Part shown: positions 25,087 through 36,029 of the stretch, one piece after another | Position numbering within the stretch: the first letter of the stretch is position 1 | Layout of the letters: each line of letters starts with the position of its first letter | Assembly (NCBI RefSeq): GCF_964204645.1 | Contig: NC_134029.1 | Location: 16,114,950-16,178,949, forward strand | Source: Tubulanus polymorphus | Lineage: Eukaryota; Animalia; Nemertea | DNA length: 64,000 nt | Reading direction: 5' to 3' | Program-made: the position numbers and the translations under genes | Notes under the pieces: generated by a model | Databases searched by the model: none | Seen by the model: the letters and a program-made list of their open reading frames with translations, nothing else | Told to the model about the DNA's origin: nothing

Positions 25087-25699
25087 GGTAAAAGTGCAGA
25101 TCCGCACCTCTCGTAAATGGTTCAATCAATTACATTAAATATCACTGATTCAGACCCAAAATGTCATCAGCAATTCAGTACACTGGTTTATTTTATGGTA
25201 TCTACAATAGAAAGTACATTTTAGCCTGGATTTTGTCTCGAGATCGTCCCGATTTTTGAACCGGACGCCATATTGGATGGGTCAATCTAAAGTGAAGATT
25301 TTTTAGAATATTTGCTGAAACAATGTTTCATGACCCACTCATTTTAAGAAAAATATAAATTTCTTGCCTATTTCAACAATGATATCTTGAAATTTGGTTA
25401 GCATTAATAACCCCAGTGACAGTTGACAAAAATTTGATTAGTTTCATGTACTGATTACCTTCACATCGTTTCAGTAATAACTTAAAACAAATCTTCACTT
25501 TAGATTCCCTAATCCAATATGGCGTCCTATCGAACGATCGTCACGATTCTGAGATAAAAACCAAAAATCTGCTTTCTAGAAGAGATATCATGATATAAAT
25601 CACTGCATTGGATTCTGTGAGACATTCTGAAGTTAGAACAGTGATTTGTAATTCAGTAGATTGCGTAAGTCACGAGAGGTGCAGATCTGCACTTTTACC
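25087..25699. mobile_element. Diverged palindromic MITE
   Basis: ggtaaaagtgcagatccgcacctctcgt / acgagaggtgcagatctgcacttttacc; inner arms gacgccatattggat / atccaatatggcgtc. Confidence 0.8.
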
Positions 25700-25762
25700 C
25701 CGATGAGCTCGTAGGGTAGTTCCGGGAGTTTTCGTGCACTTAATGAATATTACCTACCTCCT

Positions 25763-26499
25763 TAGTCTGAATACCAGTCGTTGTTACCGGTTCCCTACAA
25801 CGTCTGACGCTAAAGTATCATATAGAGATTAACTCCTGTTTGCATGCAACAACTGATTTTAGTGCCAAATCAAACCTTTCTACTAAAATAGATAAATATG
25901 TTACCTAGTTGACTTTGAAAACGTGTTTTATAATGATATTTTTGATGATTTAAATCGGGAACCGGAGAATATATTGATTTGAATTGAATTGATTGTCATA
26001 ATCTGGATTTCCAATACGGACTGAATTAATAAAATGTGAAAATTCAATACGTCTCTCCAAAATTACTCTAAACATTATTTTTTGTTGATAAAATGCATAA
26101 ATTGTGGTCAATTTTAACCTCAAGCATTTGAAACAAGAATAATATCTGCATTGACATCAATGTCAGTCCATGTTCAAGTCGGAATCCGTAATTTACACTC
26201 CCATCATGCACCACGAAAAGCCGCCATGTTTGTTATGTTGCTTCACTTCAACTATTTTTTGAGGCGACTAGGCAAAAGTTTTGAGCTACTAGGATCGTCA
26301 AAAGCTACTTAGGATTACAAATATATGCATAAACAATAGTTTACTTCCATCTGATTACAGAACAATCAGTTGATGGTGTTTTAAGGGGTGAAATAGACAC
26401 TCAAAGCCTCGTCCCTCAAAATGAGGGACGAAAATAAACCTTATATGAGCACTTTCGCCCTAGACGTTGTTTGTAGAATGACGGCTAGGTACTAGACTA
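25763..26499. mobile_element. AcademH-like MITE copy 2; TSD ctacctcct/ctacctact
   Basis: Same ends and body as 23263-24429 but with a different 9-bp TSD, so an independent insertion. Confidence 0.85.
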
Positions 26500-26922
26500 C
26501 TACCTACTCAGATTGAAAGCACTTACATGTCCAAATTAGCCACTAGGTGGTAGTGGCATCCTTGGGATAACCCACTGGAAAAAAATCCCAACCCATGTCA
26601 TGTCGGTAGTTTTCGCGCACTAGCGTTAGTTTTCGCGCAACTCGGGATTTTGGAGTATTAAAATTAAGATTGCGAATTGTAAAGGAAAATTGAAATGGTA
26701 AACCAATGGTTATCACGGTATGTGTGACTAAATATTTGAACAATTATGAACATGATAGAGTCATCTAATAAAGCATCATAAACATTTTATGTATGCTTAA
26801 TTAACATACACCTTCCTACTTCGAATGAACTATGAATGGGTTGTAAAGGAGGACGGCTTTAATTTTCTCAACATCTTCGACTTTGCATTTGAAACCAATA
26901 GTGCATTTTTGTTCGGGCCCTG

Positions 26923-27153
26923 TTATACGGTTTCCACCACCAAACAGGTCCTGATATAAAGCTTGATAACCGCCAACGCCTCTGCCTCCGTTCGTCTGAT
27001 ATACGCAACTATGCGCTTACTTGCCCTGTCAAGGACCTTTAGGCCTATAGCATTCAGATCTCTGATATTTTCGGGTTCATATTCGCATATGTACCCTCCT
27101 CCTACGTCTAGCGCCTTGGTCAGAGAATGGTGGTGCATCCCAACAGTGTGCAC
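26923..27153 (-). CDS. HIRAN-like domain ORF (probable transposon cargo, possibly decayed)
   Basis: HTVGMHH..EYEPENIRDLNAIGLKV..IVAYIRRTEAEALA fits the HIRAN pattern VG..EPxNxxDxNAI.V..GYI.R..A..LA. Confidence 0.6.
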   Translation of the reverse strand: MHTVGMHHHSLTKALDVGGGYICEYEPENIRDLNAIGLKVLDRASKRIVAYIRRTEAEALAVIKLYIRTCLVVETV

Positions 27154-27408
27154 TGGGCTGATGAAAATATTCGTTATACTAAAAAAGAAAAATGACGTAT
27201 TGAGCGAACAACGAGATGGAAAATCAAATTCTATTTGATAATTCTTATCATGAAAAGTCTATGAACATAAACAAATCGGCAAAGGGTTTTGAAATATAAA
27301 CAAGTGTAGATATATTTTGTTTTATAATTATTTAAATATACCGTGTATATAATAACATAAGGACCCAATGGTTCTGTGCACATTGCACGTGAACCACTGA
27401 ATACTAAA

Positions 27409-27950
27409 TTATGATTGGTGATACCATTTATTCAAAATTATTTGACGCACATGATTTTTCAATTTATTATTCGCATTTTCGGTGAAATGGACCCCGTCGG
27501 ATGGAAGGCGAGTTTGCCAAGTATTATTTCTACACCCCAGATCATAAAACTTCCACACCTTAACTAAATTCCCATCTACATCCCCAAATAGATACCCATT
27601 AAAATTATCAATCTTCTTATTGAATTCACTCGCACTACTTTTTCTAGTTGATGTTCTTTTATATAGGGGCAAACAAACAAAATCTGATAAGTAGTGCCGA
27701 GTAGTGCTCTTATTAATCATGCAATCGTATGTACATATGACACGCGTGTCTGTTTCACCGTCTAAGTCGTTTCCCCCCACTAAAATTATAATTAAATCGT
27801 AAAAGTTATTTTTGACCTCCATGATTTTTCTATCTATGTCGACTATCTTCACGCCACCATAACCGTAAAAATCAACACCAATTTCCAGATGTTCGAAATC
27901 CCATGTATTCGAAAGCCGACTTATAAAGCTATCACCAAAGACTGCTGCTT
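27409..27950 (-). CDS. SGNH/GDSL hydrolase (esterase) ORF
   Basis: The frame stays open upstream of ORF 27409-27852 and gives AAVFGDSFI (block I), GYGG (II), LVGGNDL (III) and SDGVHF (V). No in-frame ATG found. Confidence 0.85.
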
Positions 27951-28023
27951 TAAAAGTAACGTAAAACTAACTATAGCTCGTTGCGGGAGTAGCAAGTTAA
28001 TATTTTCAACAAAAAAAAATATC

Positions 28024-28381
28024 AAACATTTTATGTATGTTAAAACTAGATCGAGGATGTCGCATTGATGGTACGAAATAATTAACATCATAAACATTTT
28101 ATGTATGTTAAAACTGGATCGAGGATGTCGCATTGATGGTACGAAATTATTAACATCATAAACATTTTATGTATGTTAAACCTGGATCGAGGATGTCGCA
28201 TTGATGGTGAGAAATTATTAAAATGATAAACATTTTATGTATGTTAAAACTAGATCGAGGATGTCGCATTGATGGTAGGAAATTATTGACATCATAAACA
28301 TTTTATGTATGTTAAAAACTAGATCGAGGATGTTGCATTGATGGTACGAAATTATCAACATCATAAACATTTTATGTATGC
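28024..28381. repeat. 68-bp tandem repeat, about 5.3 copies
   Basis: aaacattttatgtatg at 28024, 28092, 28160, 28228, 28296 and 28365; a lone partial unit lies near 26775. Confidence 0.95.
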
Positions 28382-28399
28382 TACTGACACAAAGCAAAG

Positions 28400-30240
28400 A
28401 GAATTCCATAGACAAAAAGTGCACCAAAAGTCCAAATCATCTAATGACTCATCGCTATCATCAAACCCAATGTCCGTGCACTGTTTATGAAACCAACGAG
28501 GGCAGTGATCACAACCAACACATGCTGCAATTTTTTCCTCAAGGAATTCCTTTTTGCATTTTTGGCAAACATTTTCATCATTCTTGGCTGTTCTCGTTGA
28601 CTTCAGTTTTTCTTTGATCTCTTTTTTTGTGCTTCCTCTGACTGTTTATTGAAGAAAGCCATCATTTGGTCACCAGTCAAGTGCTTTGAAGGGAAATCTG
28701 CCCTAGTTTTTTTTCGAGTGTCTTTCTTGAATCTTCTTCCACAGTTCGGGTATGTTAATATCTCATCGAATGATGACGATTTATTGGGTGGTGCGGATGA
28801 GGTTGAAGATACCGAATGTAATGAAGGCTGTGGACTAGGTACAGATGATGATCAAATTGTCTTTGCTTTGATTGTCTTCCAGATGACAAATAAGGCGTCA
28901 TCTTCAAGATCATAACCTTCGGCAAATCTTCTATTAAAAATATTGCATTGCTCAGAAGACAGCGCTTCCTCGAACATCGTCAGTGCAGTGAGTTCAGAGG
29001 TTTCACTTAAGATAACATCTACACTGGCCTAGGTTTTGAATTAATGGTACTTTGACCTTCATCATTCTGGTCACCCCATGCCATTGAAGGTGCCATCTTA
29101 GCTACCTTTATGGCTTCTGGGTCGAATGGAAATATACCAGTTGCACGAAAGCCATTTATGATATTAGAAAGCTTCAAACCAGGCATTACAAAAAACGGGA
29201 GAAAAACACTTTTTCGTAACTTGATGTCCATCGTGGGAATCACGGTAGAGTTTTACCTGCTTCCTCCAAGCTGGCTTGAAAAAACTTACATCGAGTTGTT
29301 GAATTACGTGACTAGCATGTGGGGGAAAACAATACAATTAAATACCCTCACTACTACAAAATTTACTTATTTCGAAATCAAAATGACTTGAGTGGCCATC
29401 AAGAAGAAGTAAGACTGGTCTCCGTTTTGGTATGTTCGCCACAAAGTGATTTGCAAGCCATCCATAAAATAGAGGGGTATCTATCCATGCATTATCACTG
29501 CAACCAAAGTATGTGCCTGGGGGAGAACCAGTGATCGGATTATACCGAAAACGTCAGCCAGGAAAAATCAACATAGGTGGAATAGCGGAACCAACTGCAC
29601 TGGCACAGGCACCTAAAGTTATTTGAGTCCTGTCCTTACTAACTACATTATACAACGACTTTCCTTGTATACCAATGACAAATGCCACTTGCATCAAAAT
29701 TGTAAATGCGACTACCATCATTAACTTAATCCTTGCCGTCCTCGAGACGTGTTACCTCTTTCAAAAAATTGGAAAACCAACAACCAATAACCTCCAATGA
29801 TCTAGGTACCGAGAGATTTTCAGAGGATTTGACGACAAGGTGTGGATGGCGTTTCATGGAGAGATAGTACCAATCCTTTCCAGGTTTGTTATCTTTGAAT
29901 ATGGTCTTTTTGTTATGCGCATTCAGACAGCGTTGGACGGTATCTAAAAGTTCTTCTATGGTTCTCCCATAACCTATTTTCGCCATACTCTCAATCCAGT
30001 TACGCAACTTGCTATCAACCTCCTTTCCTAATATGGGCTGTGGGCCACTCCACTTTTCGATTACTTTCGGCGCTTCAGCAAGTCTGTCTCTTAAAGTAGC
30101 CTCTGGTATAGCATATGCCTGAGCAGACGCCCGAATGCTAGTTCCCGTTCTGATAAGTTTAATCGCTTTTCTAATGTCATCCACGGAATATGATCGCCTA
30201 TAAGGGCCCCTTGCTTTCCTAAAATTTTCAATTTCAAACT
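28400..30240 (-). pseudogene. pogo/Tigger-type transposase: HTH_psq + CENP-B HTH + DDE_1 + C-terminal PHD; stops, frameshifts and deletions
   Basis: SIRASAQAYAIPEATLRDR, PGKDWY..MKRHP, AIPPMLIFPG, LLLLDGHSSH, GFRATGIFPFDP; PHD CQKC..CVGCDHCPRWFHKQC..FWCTFC at about 28415-28570. Confidence 0.88.
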
Positions 30241-30476
30241 TTAAACTGAAATCGCCATAAAACTACATTATTTACTTTACTTGTAGGTCATAGTTGTTTA
30301 AATGATATCGACCCAATTTCATTTGGCCTCAATCGTGAATGAAAGAGTTCCAACTGAAGAAAATGAATACATTATTTCAAAATCGTGTGGAAATAGGCTA
30401 ACAGCAAGAATGTGCTTGTGTTCATGAGATTTTATATGAAGGTGGTTAGAAATTAGATTTAATCCCATTACACTGA

Positions 30477-31550
30477 CAGTGCTTCGTCTAGCATTAAAAA
30501 AGGGCAGGGTGCTGATTTCAAGTAAGGGCATTTTTGTGCGTGATTCCATTGGCGCAAGGGCACATAGTAACGCACTCACGTCTGTTTTAGGGGCAACCTG
30601 CAATGTTCCCTATTGCATAGAATTGAGGTGCCCCCTACTACGATTGAGGACTAGAAACTATGTTTAACTCTGATTTTGCCATGAGTGACACACTTGACAT
30701 CCATAGGTGTACATCCTTACACCTATGCCTGTCAATGAACAAAAGTTAATCAATAAGATAAGGCTTTCAAAATGATTTGGAAAACCAGTTGCAGACAAAA
30801 AATAGCAGAAAAAAGCAATCCCAAAAAGCAAATGATACAGCGAAAAAAGCCAGCAATAGTGTATAGGCCTACATGAACTTGCATATTCTTAATCTTAGAA
30901 ATATCAAATTAATTGATTTAAATTGATAGTGTTAGTGATTGGCAAGTAACTGTTGATAATTGGTAAAGCAGCCAGCTTAAGAACACATTATTGCTATTAG
31001 GGTACTCAAACTAATTGTCTCTGCGAGTCTCTCTGTGAGTTCACCGAAAAGTTTTTCACCTTGTATATATAAAATTTGTCTAACAGTCTAGATAAAAAGA
31101 TCCAGAGCATCACGATGTGTTCTAAAAGAAACAATCCATCAAATATACACTACCAGCTTTACAACGGCAGTTGCTAGAATGATTGGCGGTAGTTTGGAAG
31201 TCAGCCAATTTCCTGGAAGCTTAAACTAGGCAACGCGTCTGAGGTACGTTTTCACACGATGCACACTGACTGCAGTACATTTAAATATAATCACTGATCA
31301 CATGAGCTACTATCATTAATATCATACGAGATATTTCATAGCTGTCGCAGGATTCTTACTAACAGTCGGATGCGTCGGCTTATTTTGAAAGCCCTGACTC
31401 ATTACTCGTGACTGAAAAGGGCAGGAGGGCGGACCTACGGCAAGTGATGGGGGCACAAGGGCTAGCATGGGACACATCTGAAGGGCACAAGGGCGGCTAT
31501 TTTCGGGGCGGGGCGGACGGCCCCTCTATTTTTGGCTAGATGAAGCACTG
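30477..31550. mobile_element. Non-autonomous hAT-type element with 5-bp TSD actga (hAT5-like)
   Basis: actga|CAGTGCTTCGTCTAGC..GCTAGATGAAGCACTG|actga; subterminal AGGGC motifs. Confidence 0.8.
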
Positions 31551-32209
31551 ACTGACTTATTCCACGCCAATCTTGAGAAATTTCCGTTTATCCAGAGTAT
31601 CAAATTGAAACGAACAGTAATTAGCAATTGCACATTCTCATTGTACCCAAATAAAGAAACCAAAATTATACAATTTAAAGATTCTTACGAATTATTCTTT
31701 GTACATGTACGAAGCATTTTGTCTGAAAATAAATTCAAGTATGGCAAAATAATCAATATTCTGATTTTTAATTCTCGTTTCCCCTCATCATTCAAGTCCA
31801 TGTGTTGATCTTCTAAGCTGTCACTTGAAAAAGAAAGTATCTTTCAGGAATAATGATATGTAATGGAGTAAACTGGTTAAAATGATCCACTAAATGTAAA
31901 ATCCACTAAAATATGGTGCGTTTATTGCGTGTATGTAACATGTATAGGTTACCCAAATTGCAGGCAGAAAAAGAATTATTCAAACACATACTCACCTTAT
32001 TATAACTAGGAACCGCCGAGTAAAAGTGACACTAAGAGAATCCGCAGAGATCCTGAAATCTGAAAAAATTGATAAGAATTATTGCTGGAAAATCAAAAGT
32101 CTTTTGGTTAAGGGTAGGGTTTTTTCTATTTCTTTAATTTAAACATCCTACTAACAGTGAATAACAATTTGACTGTCAGACCATAGGATGGTCTTCACAA
32201 TCTGAGCAG

Positions 32210-33145
32210 ATCTACATCTGAACTCTACGATCCGCTCGGGTTACCCTCACCCGTACACATACGCGCGAAAACGTTCATTCAAAAGCTATGGCTCGGAAAA
32301 TTGAACTGGGATGAACGTTTGCCCGAAAATCTCGCGAACGAATGGAGAAATATATATCCCGAACTCGAAAACGCTAGGGATATATCTTACAAGCGGAAAT
32401 ATTTCGATACCGGAATATGCGATAATTGCGAATTGCATATGTTTGCCGATGCAAGCACTGTTGCGTACGGTGCTGTTGCCTATCTGAAACGCATTTCCGA
32501 TAATAACGTATCAATTGTTATGGCTAAGTCGCGAGTGAAACCGTTAAAAGAGATCACGTTACCACGAATGGAGCTCATGGCAGCTCTCATTGCGACGCGA
32601 CTATCGAAATTTATCGTGGATTCGCTGACGAAATCTCAGATTGTGAAGACCATCCTATGGTCTGACAGTCAAATTGTTATTCACTGGATTAGAAGTCAGA
32701 AAAAGCTACCCGTATTTGTTGAAAACCGCGTAAAGGAAATTCGAATGAGAGATTTCGACGATATCAAGTATTGTTACACGAAAGACAACCCAGCCGATTT
32801 ACTCACACGTGGAGTAAAAGCGACCGAACTTCAAAATTCGGATCTGTGGTGGAACGGTCCACATTGGCTTCCGAACGGCGATTGGCCAGTATGCGAAATG
32901 TTTGATGAGCCTATTACGCATGTCACCCAGCTCACCTACGACGAGCCGCAACTCGTCTGCACTACTGCGATCACAGACATATGCGGATTACATAACATAA
33001 TCGAAATCACCGAATTCGCGACGCTACCAAGATTGTTACGCGTTACCGCTCTCGTCATGAAATTTATAACGCGACTCAAAGGGAATAAAAGTACCCGTCA
33101 CATTTCGGTACCGGACTTGCGTCTAGCAGACAAACGCGTGCGGGA
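32210..33145 (+). pseudogene. BEL/Pao RNase H (Peptidase_A17 region) fragment, inverted relative to the adjacent element
   Basis: YDPLG, LHMFADASTVAYGAVAY, AKSRVKP..TLPRMELMAA, WSDSQIV, NPADLLTRG, WWNGP. Confidence 0.92.
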
Positions 33146-35850
33146 GTGAAGTTAGTCTTCTACCGTTTATTAGGTGAGATGGTGTCAAGGGTTCCAATTC
33201 GTTTACGTCGGACGACACATATGTTAGCGGGCGGTCATTAACGGCTGCTTCGACTTCCGTAAGCAGGGTGTTCAATTCGTCGGCCGTTACGGATGTTCGT
33301 CCTAGCGTTTTCTTGATCGCATTTTTCGTGACGCCGATTAGTCGTTCGTAGAATCCCCCGAACCATGGGGCGCGTTTGGGAATAATTTGCCATTCCTCGT
33401 ATTATGAGAGAAGGAAATCTTTTACGGTTTTCTCCTCCTGTAGTTTCACGATAAAATCGGCGGCGTTTGTGAAGGTTGACCCATTGTCCGATATCATTAA
33501 TCGCGGTATGTAATTCGGATCGTCGTCTGGTATCTCTTCGATAAAGTCTCTTGCACACTGCTCTCGAATAATGTTGTCATAATGCTCTAGTAAATCTGAT
33601 GATAGGTTGTGTATCATCGCGCGTGTTCGTCTCTTGCATACACTGTAATTTGACGGAAGTGCTTCGTGATCACCTTTCCACGGTAGAGCCGCCACGTATC
33701 TTCCATCTCCATCCCGACGAAGTTTTTCGGAACGATAATTGAGATACGATGTAGGTTTCGAGTCGTTTTCGTCCTTTATCCCTATTGTCTCGAGGTCCCA
33801 GTAGCGAGATAGGTTTTCCTCTTCGTGAACAGGGCTCGTTAGAAGCTTAAAGCAAGTGGTCATCACCGTCGTTGATGGGAAATCTGTTGGTCCTGACAGG
33901 AGATAACCCAATTTTGAGGCAACAGCTGTGGGGCCCTGTCCTCTGATGACCTTATCTTCGACTACGGACCAGTAATGGTCTGCACCTGTCAGGAGGTCAA
34001 TTTCAAACGAATCGGTCGTAGCGTACGGGGCCAACTCAATTTTCTGCAGATAATCATAATTCGTTGCTGCCTTGTATACATAGTTTTTCATCGGTGTTGA
34101 GATCTTGGGTACGATAAGAGCACGTATATCGATGGCTCCCGATGGCGTTTGTAGTTTTAGGTCAGTCACCCCAACTGATTGGATGCCAGATGTGTTGGCG
34201 CCAAATGCCGAAACGCATATAGTTTCCCGGTCGATGAGATTTAGGTCGATCGGAAGTCTTCTAGCGGCATCGTGAGAGATAAAAGAACGCTGCGCTCCCT
34301 CGTCGAAAAGAATGTTTACGATAGTGGATCCGGAGTTTGCCGAAATTGAACCCACAGCTGTTTTCAATATGACTGTTCCAGATGTTGGTGTCAATTTGGC
34401 CTCTACGATGGTGGGATTCTGCTTCACTGACCCGTTCCCATGGCCTTCTCTCTCAGTGCAAAGTAGTGTGTGGTGTCGCCGATTGCATATTCTGCAAGTC
34501 CACCTTGAGTTGCAATTACTAACTTTGTGGGTTCCAAGACAATTAAAACATAGTCTGTTTTTTCGCACAATTTCTTCTCGCTTTTCTGGCGACGTGACGA
34601 CGGTGCATTCAATAGGTGTGTGGTTTCCTCTACAAAATTGACATTTTCTGATTGGTCGGTCACCCGGTCGTTCGCGTCGTTCGGGGTGTTGATTCCGAGT
34701 GATGAATGCTGACACAGATGGTAATTCATATACACTGGTAGGCCTATCTGACGATTCCGCTTCTGAAGCTTCTATTTCTTTCTTCAGAGCCTGTCGAAGC
34801 GTAGTGAGCGTCCAGTCTGTGTTGCCATTCCCACGAGTAAGCTGTTTCCTTACTGATCCGGGTATTTTTTCGAGTATAATTGGGATGAGAAGATCACCAT
34901 ACCCGTCTTCTGTCTACCCTAGAGCATTCAAACCGCGAATGTAACTTTCTAAATTATCCGAAAATATTTTCAATTGAGTGATGTTTTCTCCTGGTTTAGG
35001 GAGCTCCCATAAAGCTTTCATGTATGAACTTACGATTTTCTGTGGCTGGCCATATCGTGTCGTGAGCAGCTGTAACGCGTTGAGATAATTTGCATCGGTT
35101 AGAGCTAACCCTTCGATCGTACGCGATGCCTCTCCGGTTACTAATCCTCTGAGGTACTGAAACTTGACGACATTATCGAGATGTTGATCGTTATGGATAG
35201 CTGAGTTGAAACTGTCCATGAAACCTTGCCAAGTGAGTATATCACCGTCAAACTTGGCGAGGGTGAGTTTGGGCAAGTTTAGCGTCTTGGATGTCCGTTG
35301 GGTGGTGGAGATTTCACTTACATTAAATGTTGATGTATCGGCGCCTGGAGAGGTTTCAATCCGTTTCCGTTCGAGAAACTTTTTTAATTTTTCATTTTTG
35401 CTGATAATGTCCGTACTATAGTCGTCGGCTTCGATTATCGCTCGTTCTAGATCATTATCCTCAGTCATTTCGATTATGCCGTTATCTAATTGTTGAATGT
35501 TGCGTAACTTGGTCGTGATTAAGTCGATTTTGGTTTCCAATTCATCGAGTACCGCCTCAGCCCCGGAGACAGCCTTGTTTAATAATCCACGGTAGGCTCC
35601 TCTTGATTTTCTCTGTCTTTCGATTGTACATGTATTCGTTTGCGGGTGTGCAGTTGTAGCCATCCTGGTCACGGCACCAAAATGTATGGAACCAGGAACG
35701 TTGAGCGAAGAGAGCAGAAGAGAAACACCTGCGTTTAGTATGATGACTATCGAGTGTACTGATTTATTTACTGAGACGGATATACAGATGGTTGATTACA
35801 ATATAGGTCATTAACAGAGTTCAAGTATAGGATAGATACAATTCCTGACA
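33146..35850 (-). mobile_element. BEL/Pao LTR retrotransposon: 5' LTR, PBS, gag (DUF1759, zinc knuckles), protease, internal deletion, integrase fragment
   Basis: LPKLTLAKFDGD, CFNCLGTH..C, LFDEGAQRSFI, then ISDNGSTF and APWFGGFYERL. LTR 35683-35850 reads TG..CA and contains AATAAA. Confidence 0.92.
35662..35679 (-). promoter_or_regulatory. Primer binding site, tRNA-His-like
   Basis: TGGTGCCGTGACCAGGAT three bases after the LTR; identical to 60395-60412. Confidence 0.8.
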
Positions 35851-36029
35851 CTAATTATAATCAAACTAGCAAAATACCCGTCGTGAATAATTGTTTTATC
35901 GTTATTCCTAAACACTAAAACTGACGGAAATTGAACATTTTGCCTACACTTGTATATAGAAATGTACATTATAGTCGCTAATGAAATAATAGAAGAAATA
36001 AGTGATAACTTTAATTAATTATATACATA

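Noticed and set aside
23263-26499. The two 740-bp direct repeats read as LTRs of one retroelement
   Set aside because: They have TAG..CTA inverted ends, separate TSDs, no PBS and no gag-pol between them.
28024-28381. 68-bp period resembling CRISPR repeat plus spacer
   Set aside because: The whole unit repeats; there are no variable spacers.
32010-32115. Possible plus-strand exon
   Set aside because: Weak acceptor and no recognisable homology.
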